Part shown: in pieces, positions 8,369 to 21,343 of the stretch
How positions within the stretch are numbered: the stretch's first letter is position 1
How the letters are laid out: each line of letters starts with the position of its first letter
Origin: an uncultured Eisenbergiella sp.
GTDB lineage: Bacteria > Bacillota > Clostridia > Lachnospirales > Lachnospiraceae
NCBI GenBank assembly: GCA_947626725.1
Contig: CANQTI010000001.1
Span: 1-41,151, forward strand
Length of the DNA stretch: 41,151 nt
Reading direction: 5' to 3'
The notes under the pieces: model-generated
What the model was told of the DNA's origin: nothing
The model's database searches: none
Seen by the model: only the letters and a program-made list of their open reading frames with translations
Made by a program: the position numbers and the translations under genes

Positions 8369-10117
8369 TCAGTTAGCATATTTTTCTCCGAATTCAGCCA
8401 TCTTTTCATATTCTGCTCTATACCAGTCAACGAATTCATTGATCCCCATACCTTCCGCCTTCTCTACCATTTCTTTGTACAAAGCATCAAATTCAGCCTG
8501 ATCCTTCGCAAAAACCATCTTCCAAGAATTCGTCTTAATCACATCACCTACTCTTGCGGAAATCTGTTCCATTTCATCGGTGAAAGTCGGATTCGGCACG
8601 AAGGGCCTTACGATCACGTTGCCGCGCTGGTACTGAAGCTGCAGCATATCTCCGATTCCAAAGTCCTCTTTCCACTCCTGTACCAGCTTTGTGTCCGCAG
8701 GCGCATAATCCGGTTTATCCCAATAAGAGTTGTTCATGACGCAGCCCATATCTTCGTTCACAGATTCAGCAGTGAATGCGCGGAATACGTTATTGCCTTT
8801 TCCTTTTCCCATCTTTTCGGAATCAGTATACCACTGATATCCTTCTTCTGTCACATAAGGATTGCCATTTTCATCCACATCCCAACATATTCCTTTGGGA
8901 CCATTCTGCTCAACCATCGCTGTTTCGTAATCGAATAAAAGGTTCACGACTTTCATTGCTTCCTCAGGATGTTTGGACGCCTTGCTGACGCTCACACTCC
9001 AGCCCTTGCCAACGATCTGCTTGGGAGAAAGTAAAATCTTATCCTCCGTACCTGCCAATCTTCTGAAACCGATGCCCTCATTCTGCTGTTCCGTTGTAAA
9101 GGATGTTCCCCAGTCACCGACCGCCCAATGTACTCTGCCATCTGTAACCTTCTGTGTGTAATCGTTGAAGCGCTGCGTCATGGAATCAGGATCCACCAGC
9201 CCCATCTGATTTGCCTCGAACATAAAACGCAAGAATCTCATATATGCGCTGTCCTCGTCCAGAATGGAGGAAACCTCTTCATTGTTCGTATAATCAACCT
9301 GTGCCAAATTTCCTTCCCCCTGAATATTAACACCTACCAGAGGAGCAAAAAACATGCCCAGCGTCATATATGATCTATCCCAGTCCTTAAAAAGGGAAAT
9401 TCCATAAGCCTTCTGACCATCTTCATTTGTAGGATGCGCATCCTGCATCTGCTTAATGATCGGGAGCCAGTCTTCCATGGTCTTCACTTCAGGGGATCCA
9501 AGCTCTTTGTAATAATCATAACGAATACTGATGCCACCGGTATCACCAGACTCTTCAACCGCATTTTTCAGTTCTACGCCGACTGCATAAGCCTTCCCTT
9601 GACCATTGCTCATATTGTCCGCATAATACTGCAGAGATGTCGCTGCATTCTTATATAGGTTCGGAACCAATTCCTTATAATCGTCATATGCGAGCAACAT
9701 ATCACCGGTTACCGCGTTGATGACCTGCTTATCATCTTTAAATACAACTAGATCCGGCAGTTCACCGCTGGCCATCAGCGCTTGCAGCTTCTGTTCACCC
9801 TGATCGCCGGTAGGCAAAAATTCCAGTTCCACTCCAACCTGTTCTTTGATGTAATCATTGAACCATCCGGTAATAACACCAGATTCATTCGCAGGCATAT
9901 CCAGGATCTGCAGTCTTAATACATCTCCCTCTGCGGCTGTCACATTTTCTTCTCCAGTTTCCGCAGCTGCCGCATCTCCTGCGTCATCTTCCCCTGTCGC
10001 TTTGGACTCATCCTTAGGCGCTTCACTGGCCGCCGGTGCTGAGCTGCCGCCGCAAGCGGTCAATGCTGCCGCTGCCATCGTCAGGGACAACAGTGTTGCC
10101 AAAACTCTTTTTTTCAT
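8369..10117 (-). CDS. carbohydrate ABC transporter solute-binding lipoprotein (LplA-like)
   Basis: Lipobox LTAC after MKKRVLATLLSL; Ala/Glu linker; MASGELPD motif; adjacent to two permeases. Confidence 0.9.
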   Translation of the reverse strand: MKKRVLATLLSLTMAAAALTACGGSSAPAASEAPKDESKATGEDDAGDAAAAETGEENVTAAEGDVLRLQILDMPANESGVITGWFNDYIKEQVGVELEFLPTGDQGEQKLQALMASGELPDLVVFKDDKQVINAVTGDMLLAYDDYKELVPNLYKNAATSLQYYADNMSNGQGKAYAVGVELKNAVEESGDTGGISIRYDYYKELGSPEVKTMEDWLPIIKQMQDAHPTNEDGQKAYGISLFKDWDRSYMTLGMFFAPLVGVNIQGEGNLAQVDYTNNEEVSSILDEDSAYMRFLRFMFEANQMGLVDPDSMTQRFNDYTQKVTDGRVHWAVGDWGTSFTTEQQNEGIGFRRLAGTEDKILLSPKQIVGKGWSVSVSKASKHPEEAMKVVNLLFDYETAMVEQNGPKGICWDVDENGNPYVTEEGYQWYTDSEKMGKGKGNNVFRAFTAESVNEDMGCVMNNSYWDKPDYAPADTKLVQEWKEDFGIGDMLQLQYQRGNVIVRPFVPNPTFTDEMEQISARVGDVIKTNSWKMVFAKDQAEFDALYKEMVEKAEGMGINEFVDWYRAEYEKMAEFGEKYAN

Positions 10118-10184
10118 TTTGCATATACCCTCCATTTTTTTATTATTTTACACTGATGTGTAAAATTCACTTTGATCTATCAAA

Positions 10185-11087
10185 TTATCCCTTTACTGCG
10201 CCTATCATAATGCCGCCTACAAAATATTTCTGGAAAAACGGATAAACGCAAAGAATCGGTATTACCACCACCATGGAAACCGTCATTTTAATAGATGTCG
10301 GCGTCAAAAGTTTAGAAACATCTACCAATAGCCCTTCTGAAGCCATTGACATAAGCATGTCCGCTAAGGAAGAGGCTTCATTCAAATACTGATACAGCAC
10401 ATACTGCAGCGTGAACAGCCTGCTGTCAGTCATTAAAAACACCGTATCCATAAAAGAATTCCAGTTCCCAACCGCTGAGAAAATAACCAATGTCGCCAGG
10501 ATCGGTTTGGACAACGGCACAATAATCCTTGTATAACGAATCAGGTAGCCCGCCCCGTCCAGCTCCGCCGACTCCTCCATAGAATCCGGAATGCTTTCAC
10601 AATACGTTTTAAACAGCATAAGTGAAAACGGAGACACAATGCCCGGCAAAATGTACGCCAGAAAATTGTTCGTCAAATGCAGGTTCTTCATGGTAATAAA
10701 CCATGGAATAATCCCTGCGTTAAAGTACATCGTAATAACAACAAATCTATACCACACCTTACGCAGCCAAAGTTCTTTCCTCGTTAAAGCATACCCCAAA
10801 AAGGATGTCCCGACCGTAGAACAAATCGTACCGATCACGGTCCTCGCTAACGTCACAATTACTGCAGATCCGAAACCGTTTATCTTCAGGATCTCAAGGT
10901 AATTATCAAAATGAATTCCTTTGGGCAACCAGACGATCAGACCCTTTGCTACCAAATCGTTATCGCTGATCGTATTAATGAACAGGTAATAAAATGGCAA
11001 AACACAAATCAGTGTAAAGAATCCGAAAAATGCGTAATTGAAAATGTTAAAAATGACATCTTTTGGCGATAATTTTTTCCTCTTCAT
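10185..11087 (-). CDS. carbohydrate ABC transporter permease (MalG/LplC-like)
   Basis: EAA loop ESAELDGA, PLSKPILAT, WNSF, YPFFQKYFVGGIMIGAVKG. Confidence 0.93.
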   Translation of the reverse strand: MKRKKLSPKDVIFNIFNYAFFGFFTLICVLPFYYLFINTISDNDLVAKGLIVWLPKGIHFDNYLEILKINGFGSAVIVTLARTVIGTICSTVGTSFLGYALTRKELWLRKVWYRFVVITMYFNAGIIPWFITMKNLHLTNNFLAYILPGIVSPFSLMLFKTYCESIPDSMEESAELDGAGYLIRYTRIIVPLSKPILATLVIFSAVGNWNSFMDTVFLMTDSRLFTLQYVLYQYLNEASSLADMLMSMASEGLLVDVSKLLTPTSIKMTVSMVVVIPILCVYPFFQKYFVGGIMIGAVKG

Positions 11088-11106
11088 CTTTTCCTCCATG
11101 CCGCGA

Positions 11107-11227
11107 AGGTATGTGAATCGACAAACCTGCCGTTTAGTGCTGCGTTTCTATATTTCACAGCGCTTACGGCTTAAAACGAAGCTTTGAAGCGCAGGCAATC
11201 GGGGATATTTTTCAATCTCTCATACCT
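11107..11227. repeat. about 120-bp imperfect palindromic intergenic element between the two permease genes
   Basis: Ends AGGTATGTGAATCGACAAA and TTTTTCAATCTCTCATACCT are imperfect inverted repeats; inner CCTGC...CGTTT / AAACG...GCAGG arms also pair. Confidence 0.45.
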
Positions 11228-11228
11228 G

Positions 11229-12161
11229 TCAGAATACGCTCTCGTCCCTCACCAATCTTGACATTTGATTCGAAACAAACAGCAGCGTCACACTCACAAT
11301 GGATTTCAGAATACTGACGGCAGTGGAATAAGAATAGTTAATTCCCACCATACCCTGATTGTACACATATAAATCTAATACCTCGATATGTTCCTTATTC
11401 ATAGCATTCTGGAATACAAAATACTGATCAATACCGTTGCTGATCATATTCCCGATAGAGAGAATCAACAACACGAAAAAGGTGGGAAGTAAGCCTGGAA
11501 TCGTCACATATCGCATCTTCTGGAAACGGTTGGCCCCATCCACCTCCGCTGCCTCATATTGTTCCTGATCAATGCCTGAGATCGCGGCTATATAGACGAT
11601 AGCGCTCCAGCCCAGTCCCTTCCACTGCCCCCATAGCCACATCTTCATCCAGATATGATCCGGGGATGCCAAAAAGTTGATCCCCTGATCTATAATTCCC
11701 ATGTTGATCAACACCTTATTGACAAAACCGTCATTCACGGAAAACATCGCATAAGCAACCGCATATACCAAAACCCAGCTAATGAAATTCGGAATCGTCG
11801 TAAGCGTCTGGGACAACTTCTTGAATGGCATGCACTTAATTTCCGAAAGGAAAATTGCAAACAGCATCGGCAGCGGAGAAGTGAGCATGCCGATCAGATT
11901 CATGCCCAAAGTATTTTTCAAAACTCTGATAACATCACTCAGATAGTAGGTATCCTGTACAATTCTTTTAAAATTGTCGAATCCCATAAATTTATTTTTA
12001 AATAGCGGTACGCCAGGTCGATAGTCAAACAATGCGTAAATCCAACCATACAACGGCAAATAGGAAAACAAAAATACCAGAACCAGCAGCGGCATTATCA
12101 ACAAAAAGAGTCGGAATCCGCTGGTTTTATAAAACGGCTTCTTCTTCGTCTGAATGGTCAT
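11229..12161 (-). CDS. carbohydrate ABC transporter permease (LplB/YteP-like)
   Basis: PNFISWVLV, WKGLGWSAIVYIAAISGIDQEQYEAAEVDGA. Confidence 0.93.
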   Translation of the reverse strand: MTIQTKKKPFYKTSGFRLFLLIMPLLVLVFLFSYLPLYGWIYALFDYRPGVPLFKNKFMGFDNFKRIVQDTYYLSDVIRVLKNTLGMNLIGMLTSPLPMLFAIFLSEIKCMPFKKLSQTLTTIPNFISWVLVYAVAYAMFSVNDGFVNKVLINMGIIDQGINFLASPDHIWMKMWLWGQWKGLGWSAIVYIAAISGIDQEQYEAAEVDGANRFQKMRYVTIPGLLPTFFVLLILSIGNMISNGIDQYFVFQNAMNKEHIEVLDLYVYNQGMVGINYSYSTAVSILKSIVSVTLLFVSNQMSRLVRDESVF

Positions 12162-12218
12162 TCATAATCATTCCTTTCTTTTGATTCTTCCGATCGCTTT
12201 TTCATTTTGATATACCTT

Positions 12219-12247
12219 ATAATATCATTTTGCACTTGATATGTCAA
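12219..12247 (-). promoter_or_regulatory. promoter of the ABC/GH3/GH38 operon
   Basis: Minus strand TTGACA (12247-12242), 17 bp, TATTAT (12224-12219). TTGATATGTCA overlaps the -35 and recurs at about 12359. Confidence 0.6.
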
Positions 12248-12535
12248 CATAGTAGTTGATCATTTTTTCAAATTTGTTTAAATTATACCATTTATATATT
12301 TAAAATTTATGTATTATGCTGTATTCCAAATAATGTGATCTATTTTGCCCCCCCCAATTTGATATGTCATTATATATCCTTACTATTTAGACAATGCCCG
12401 TATTCCTCTGCGATAATACATCTCCGGTTTTAAAATAATTTTATTTTCAATAACAATCATATAAACACAGCCCAACGCCCCGTTGCTATTCTGAATCAAC
12501 ATCTGCAGGATCATAGCGTGTCTCCCCCGCTTGAA

Positions 12536-12586
12536 CAGCAAAAAGTACGGGGCAGACTTTATTGCCTTTCCCCGCACTTTTTGCTG
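12536..12586. terminator. probable intrinsic terminator after the GH2 gene
   Basis: CAGCAAAAAGTACGGGG...CCCCGCACTTTTTGCTG inverted repeat. Confidence 0.65.
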
Positions 12587-12657
12587 ATGTATATTTTAGG
12601 AAGCTTTTTTTGTTTTACCCTGCTTTATCTCGCTGTTCCCGTCAGTGAACCTGCCGT

Positions 12658-15729
<3,072 letters not shown>

Positions 15730-17742
15730 TCAATTTTTCATCCGGAAATCAAACGCATGGGGCAGGGGCTTTGCCGCCAGAATCCGCCTCGCCAACTCCC
15801 CTTCATCCAGTTTCTTCCACTCCGGGTTTTCCTCCAGCATATGTTCCCTGTGGAAAAACACCCATAATTCAGAAAGCGTCTCTTCCCCTTCCCGCACATC
15901 TGCGGGCGCTCCGCCGCCCGCAAAATAAGCAAATACCTCGTCCCGCAGCCCAAGGTGCGCCGCCGCATCCGCATTCAGCAGACGAAGTCTGCCATTTTCC
16001 CGCATCTCCTTCGGCAACCTCCCGTAAAAATCTCTAAAGGATTCCCAGTGCTCCGCGCCGCACAGCATCTTCCCATACTCTGCCGCAATCGGCAGGACAG
16101 GCAGCAGCGCCGCCGCCCGCCCCATTTCTTCCAGGGCCTCCTCCGTTTTCCCCTGCTGCAGCCACAGCACGGCCAGATTCCGTCTCGCCCATCCATTGTC
16201 TGCCAGGCACACAGACCTGTCAAAGGCTTCTTCTGCCTTTCTCCATTCCTTCTGAGCGCAGTACAAAATCCCCAGCTGCAGCCAGGCGTGCCAATGATCC
16301 GAGCGACCGCTCTGGATACTTTCCAACAGCAGCGGAATCCATTCCTTCTGTCCCATATAGGCGGCGGGCGTTTCGTTCACCGCCTGCCCCGGAAATACCC
16401 CTTTTCCCAAAAGCATTGCCCAGGGCGCCTGATCCTCCCCAAGGGAATCCGCTTCAAACAGCGCCCATTCCTCGCCGAAATGTGCGCCTCCCTCACGCCG
16501 CATCAGCTCCAGCGCACCCCAGCCGCTCCCGCGGCGCACAGGGGATGCCGCCTGCGCCAGTTCCGCACCCAGCCGTTTCAGCTCTTCTTCCGCAAAAGCG
16601 CGAGGCAGCGCCTTTTCCAATACGTCTTCTATATGCGTGCATGCCTCTCCCCATTCCCCATGCACTTTTTTCGGATCCGCGCGCAGCATTCCGTAGGCTT
16701 CCAGCCACTCCCAGCATGCATGCGCCGGCATGGGCAGCTGTTCCATCTGCGTCTTGGCAAGTCCCGCCTGAATTTCCAGGTATGCTTTTCCGGGCCCGGA
16801 TAAGTATTCCTGCCATCGCCTTCCGCCAGGCGCCGCCCCCCACAGGAAGAGCTTACGTCCCTGGAGGCGGTCCGTAGACGTCTGCACCAATCCTTCTCCG
16901 TCTTTGTCCAGAACAGCCTCCCATTTTCTCCCACACTCCGGAATGTCGAAGAAGATGTCCATCGCATGATCCATCCGCAAGGTATAGGAACAGTCCTTCC
17001 CATCCCGCAGGGGCATTTCCTTTTTGAAAAGGCGGCGGGTATAATCGAAAAAGAATGCTTCCCTGGCGGGCGCCAGAACCCGTGTTCCTTCCGTCTCTTC
17101 CACCGCGATGTTCGACCACCAGTAAGCAGGCACTTCCTCTCCTCTGGTATTATAGAGGCGCACCCTTACGAACAGAAACCGGGCGTTTTCCGGCAGATAT
17201 GCATCCAGCTGGAAGGTAACCTGCCGGATCCGCTCCCACTCATACATCCGCAGCACAGGCGTCCCATCTTTTCTCTCCAGCACAGCTGTATGCACCGGAG
17301 AAAGCCCCAGGGGACAGTGACCCGTCATCCCCAGGTTCCACTCCACCCCGCCGGCCACCCAGGCGTTGCGCAGGGCGAGATTGGCTGGCTGGAATATCGG
17401 ATTACGGTATATCAGGTCTCGGCCGTGTTCCTTGTCATAGAGCGTCCACAGCCTGCCGCCGTACTGGGGCAGAAACTCGGCACGCAGAAAGTCGTTTTCC
17501 AGCACCGCGACTTCATATTCCCGCATCCGCAGATCTCTGTCATACTGGTCCTGCATCCGATAGGGGAGCATGTTATCCACGGTTCCGTAACCGAAATACT
17601 TCCGCTCGTCCTGCGGCACGCTTGCATCGAACCGGATTTCCCGGTGAATATCTCCTCCCATAGCAAGACCGGGGAGGGGATTTTCCCCTCCCAGTCCGGC
17701 CCCCATCATTGCGCGCCTTTCAAATATGACTGTCGTTCCCAT
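15730..17742 (-). CDS. DUF5107 domain protein, shorter type, with C-terminal TPR-like helices
   Basis: LENDFLRAEFLPQYGGRL, RNAWVAGGVEWN, YWWSNIAV, GRKLFLWG, YLEIQAG; TPR-like AWLQLGILY...AEEAFDRS. Confidence 0.8.
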   Translation of the reverse strand: MGTTVIFERRAMMGAGLGGENPLPGLAMGGDIHREIRFDASVPQDERKYFGYGTVDNMLPYRMQDQYDRDLRMREYEVAVLENDFLRAEFLPQYGGRLWTLYDKEHGRDLIYRNPIFQPANLALRNAWVAGGVEWNLGMTGHCPLGLSPVHTAVLERKDGTPVLRMYEWERIRQVTFQLDAYLPENARFLFVRVRLYNTRGEEVPAYWWSNIAVEETEGTRVLAPAREAFFFDYTRRLFKKEMPLRDGKDCSYTLRMDHAMDIFFDIPECGRKWEAVLDKDGEGLVQTSTDRLQGRKLFLWGAAPGGRRWQEYLSGPGKAYLEIQAGLAKTQMEQLPMPAHACWEWLEAYGMLRADPKKVHGEWGEACTHIEDVLEKALPRAFAEEELKRLGAELAQAASPVRRGSGWGALELMRREGGAHFGEEWALFEADSLGEDQAPWAMLLGKGVFPGQAVNETPAAYMGQKEWIPLLLESIQSGRSDHWHAWLQLGILYCAQKEWRKAEEAFDRSVCLADNGWARRNLAVLWLQQGKTEEALEEMGRAAALLPVLPIAAEYGKMLCGAEHWESFRDFYGRLPKEMRENGRLRLLNADAAAHLGLRDEVFAYFAGGGAPADVREGEETLSELWVFFHREHMLEENPEWKKLDEGELARRILAAKPLPHAFDFRMKN

Positions 17743-17756
17743 CGCCGCTTCTCCCC

Positions 17757-19313
17757 TCAGCCCCAGGCTCTGTCCGCTGCATCTAACAACAATCCATACA
17801 CTTTTTCAAAATGAGTGTTTCCGTAAATGCCCGTTCCATCTTCCTTCACGCACATGCCCAGGATTTCTTCCGCTTTTCCCTCAGCCTTTTCCTCCAGCAT
17901 CCTGAAAAGAGCATAGTCCTCAACGCCGGAACGCAGCATTTCCAGCCGCACGCTTCCGACCGGGCCATCCGGAGTGGGATATATGATATTGGTATCCCCC
18001 GGCGGCAGAAATTGGTCGCTGTCCGTCCCAAGACAGGTAAAAGGCACCGACGGCTCCCGATACGGATCTATGTTCTCCATAAAATGGCCCAATCCCCAAT
18101 GCAGATAGCCGCTCGCCTTCCATTTCACATTCAGCCAATGGAGCAGTCTGACGGACAAAAGGGGCATGTCCAGGAAACGGTTCAGGCAGGGCGCGCCGGG
18201 CCAACAGCAGGTATAGATCCACATTTCTTTGCCCTCTTTTCGCCAGGCATCAAACGCCTCCCGACGAATCTGGTAAAACCGCGTCACCGGTACCAGGATA
18301 TCCAGGGCATCCCCCACCTTATCCGTCAAAACCGCATCCAGAAGCGGGATGCCCGGCATGCAGCTCCGAACAAGACCGGCCAGTTTCCGGTACGCCTCTT
18401 CCTCTCCATCCCGCGGCTCATCCCCGACATGTTGGACCGTCACCTCCAGATACCCTTCCCGCTCCAGGAAGCGGTACCATTGCCCAAAGAACGCCCCCAG
18501 CGCTTTCATCCCCGCTTCAGACAGAATATCAGCCTCCACAAAGGGCTTAATCAGGCTGTTGTAAACACTGGTGGCATGCATTCCCTCGATGTGCGTAAAG
18601 CCCTTGGAAAAAGCCATTTCAATCAGCCGCTTTACCCGGGAAAAATCATATCCTCCCTTTCCGTCCGCTTCGATGAAATTTACCGGAATCAACAGGTAAT
18701 TCTGATGGGCCTGGGCCGCCAACTCCAGCGTTTTTTCCACCATCTCCCAAAACCGTCCCGCAAAAGGAGTGCACCCATAAATTTTTCCGTCCAGTTTCAT
18801 CCACTGGGTCAGTGCCAGGCCCGTCTGTTCCGGCAGACAGGCCTTATGCACATGAATCTCATAGGGAATCTGTATTTCTCCCAAAATGAGCGTTCCCCGA
18901 TAAATTCCCGGCGCCATATCCGGAGCAGTCTTCCAGCGCACATAAAGGCCAGCGTCTCCGTGCACATCTGCCTGTCCGTCCCGTACAGGAAGCATGGCAT
19001 CGTAGACCTCAAAAGGGGCTCGTCTGGTAAAAAAGCGCTCTGCCTCTTTCTGTGAAAGCTGCCATATGTCCAAGGGCTCCTGATAACTGGAATTTCTATT
19101 CACATAGGTCTCTTTGAGTACAAACAATTCCGGATCCGGCCCTTGCCCGCCGCCTCCCTCCGCCTGCACGCGCCAAACAAAGGGGACTGCCTCAGACAGC
19201 TTAATCTGGCAGCATGCATAGGAACGCCTCGCGCATTGCAGTCTGACCGCGCCGCAGCCGCCTTCAGAATCCGGATACAGCCATTCATTTGCGTTAAAAA
19301 CCGCCGCTTTCAC
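17757..19313 (-). CDS. DUF4091-containing, GH123-like glycoside hydrolase
   Basis: HVGDEP (adjacent DE pair), WIYTCCWP, GYLHWG, PPGDTNIIYP, SVRLEMLRSGVEDY. GTG start after AGGAGG. Confidence 0.75.
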   Translation of the reverse strand: MKAAVFNANEWLYPDSEGGCGAVRLQCARRSYACCQIKLSEAVPFVWRVQAEGGGGQGPDPELFVLKETYVNRNSSYQEPLDIWQLSQKEAERFFTRRAPFEVYDAMLPVRDGQADVHGDAGLYVRWKTAPDMAPGIYRGTLILGEIQIPYEIHVHKACLPEQTGLALTQWMKLDGKIYGCTPFAGRFWEMVEKTLELAAQAHQNYLLIPVNFIEADGKGGYDFSRVKRLIEMAFSKGFTHIEGMHATSVYNSLIKPFVEADILSEAGMKALGAFFGQWYRFLEREGYLEVTVQHVGDEPRDGEEEAYRKLAGLVRSCMPGIPLLDAVLTDKVGDALDILVPVTRFYQIRREAFDAWRKEGKEMWIYTCCWPGAPCLNRFLDMPLLSVRLLHWLNVKWKASGYLHWGLGHFMENIDPYREPSVPFTCLGTDSDQFLPPGDTNIIYPTPDGPVGSVRLEMLRSGVEDYALFRMLEEKAEGKAEEILGMCVKEDGTGIYGNTHFEKVYGLLLDAADRAWG

Positions 19314-21201
19314 GTCCTATCCTCCTGCCCACTCCGGCCGCCAAACAACGAATTCCCTTCACAATGATGTTAGGCCCGTACTTGCTGTCTTCCTCCACTG
19401 CGACGGATGCCAGACGCTCTCCCTCCGGCAATTCCACAAAATACCGATAATACACTTCCTGTCCCAGTACCTCTATCCCGCAGCTGTAGGTAGACTCCAG
19501 GAGCTGACCGTCGCTCGTATAACAATCGAGATCTTCATGAAGCCTCCGTTCCAAGTCCGCCTTGACGGTGCCGATATTCAGGTTGTAATACAAAGGCACA
19601 TCCATCGTCCTGCCGCTTTCAAACACCAAATGATAGCGGCCCAGATAATCGTCCTTTTTGTCGATCATGTAGCCATCCACAAAGGCCGGATGTTCCTTGC
19701 GCAGGGTGGTATGGTGCAAAAATTCCAACGCATGCCCCGCCCGGGACAGACGTCTGGCGTAAATCCCATTTGCCACTTCCAGCAGGTTCCCCGGATGATT
19801 TTCCTCTTTAAAACCAGGATTCCAGGCCAGGCCCGCGCTATAGGCGATATTGAAAAGGACACCGTTGCGCTGGAGATGTCCCTGATCCAAAAGTCCCCAA
19901 TTGGAAATCACGATCCCCTGGGTCCTGTCCTTTCTGCCCTCAAAGTCAATAAGCCCCATGCCGGAGAAATTTCCAAACACTACCTCATAGCCCCGGTTTC
20001 GAAATTCCATCTCATACTGTCTTCCTCTTCCCCAAAACCAATGCAGCATCAAAATATCCCTGGGGAGCAAATCAATCGCCGGATAGATCGCGGGGCGTTC
20101 TTCCATAAACAGATTGGTTTTCATATTCACCAGGAACCGGTGGCCTCCGCCGTATGATATTCCCTGTTTCGTAATGTCATTCAAGAGCAGCTCGCTCCAC
20201 ATCATGGTCCGGACATGGCGGTCCTTCAGATAATCGTGGATCTTGATGATATCCTGCGCATAAAGCTCTGCGGCGTTTCTGCCCCGGCACTTTTCACATT
20301 TGCACATGGTAAAAAATTCATCATGACCGATATTGACGATCCGGGGGGCAAACACATCGATCACTTCATCCAGCACATCAAACACCAGCTTGTAGCTGTC
20401 CGGGTTGGACGGACAATATGTATCCGGCAAATCATCCTCTTCCCGCTCCCGCAGCTCCGGATGCGCCGTCAGCAGATAATCACAGTGGGACAGAGTCGGT
20501 ACCTCCGGAATGATATCAAAATGCCGTTCCCGCAAATAGGAAATCAGGCCTCTCATTTCCTCCTGGGTCAAAAAGCTGCCGCCCCCGTTTTCCATATGGA
20601 TAGAATTTCTCGCCCAATTAGGCGCGTTCTGGATATCCAGACTCTGCCCCTGATAGTCCTGGAAATTCTTGCAGTAACGCACCCATCCCTCGTTGATCTC
20701 CGGATGCTTTTTGTATTCCATCGCCCCGCCGATCTCCAGCATGAGAGTGTTATAGCCATACAGGGCACAATAATCTGCCATTTCTTTGAAATGTCCGATA
20801 TTCTCTCGGGCAGGTACATATACCTTTACGCCCCGAAGCTTTAAATCCGGATAGGCATAGGAAATGCCCTCCTGCAGGCTGCCGTCCTGCACATGCCGCA
20901 AAAGGCCGTTGGCGCCGTGGAACAACCCGGCCCCGGTTTCCGCATAGACCTGCACGGTTTCCCCTGCCCTGATCACATAACCTTCTTCCCGCGGCACATA
21001 ATCCACGCCAAAACGCTCCCGCAGCCCCTCTCGCACCTCTTCCGGGACGCCCAACAAAAATGCCGCCTCTACCACATTTCCTTCCCCCGCAAGACCGTCA
21101 AACAGTCCGGCAATGACGGGATCCTCCGTCAGGACCCGGGTATTCTTTCCAAATGTAAGCTGCCTCCCCTCCAGGCCGGCGTATCTTTCCATCCAATCCA
21201 T
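19294..21201 (-). CDS. GH20 family beta-N-acetylhexosaminidase-like
   Basis: EGY N-terminal domain, IIPEVPTLSH, YCPSNP, NIGHDE catalytic pair, TMMWSE. Confidence 0.85.
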   Translation of the reverse strand: MDWMERYAGLEGRQLTFGKNTRVLTEDPVIAGLFDGLAGEGNVVEAAFLLGVPEEVREGLRERFGVDYVPREEGYVIRAGETVQVYAETGAGLFHGANGLLRHVQDGSLQEGISYAYPDLKLRGVKVYVPARENIGHFKEMADYCALYGYNTLMLEIGGAMEYKKHPEINEGWVRYCKNFQDYQGQSLDIQNAPNWARNSIHMENGGGSFLTQEEMRGLISYLRERHFDIIPEVPTLSHCDYLLTAHPELREREEDDLPDTYCPSNPDSYKLVFDVLDEVIDVFAPRIVNIGHDEFFTMCKCEKCRGRNAAELYAQDIIKIHDYLKDRHVRTMMWSELLLNDITKQGISYGGGHRFLVNMKTNLFMEERPAIYPAIDLLPRDILMLHWFWGRGRQYEMEFRNRGYEVVFGNFSGMGLIDFEGRKDRTQGIVISNWGLLDQGHLQRNGVLFNIAYSAGLAWNPGFKEENHPGNLLEVANGIYARRLSRAGHALEFLHHTTLRKEHPAFVDGYMIDKKDDYLGRYHLVFESGRTMDVPLYYNLNIGTVKADLERRLHEDLDCYTSDGQLLESTYSCGIEVLGQEVYYRYFVELPEGERLASVAVEEDSKYGPNIIVKGIRCLAAGVGRRIGRESGGF

Positions 21202-21294
21202 GACTTTCCCCTCGCATGATGAGTTTTATGTTTATGGTCTTTTTCTTTTTGACCTCCCGGCGGCACACGGACGCTTTACCGCCATGTGCCAAAA

Positions 21295-21324
21295 CAGGTG
21301 CGCGGGACGATGCCCGCGCACCTG
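21295..21324. terminator. GC-rich hairpin downstream of the solute-binding protein gene (partial terminator or mRNA stabiliser)
   Basis: Perfect 12-bp arms CAGGTGCGCGGG/CCCGCGCACCTG; second hairpin at about 21262-21290. Confidence 0.55.
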
Positions 21325-21343
21325 CCGCCAGTGCTTTATTCAC

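Noticed and set aside
12383-12577. Short minus-strand ORF between the two operons
   Set aside because: It overlaps a terminator, runs into AT-rich promoter DNA and has no recognisable family.
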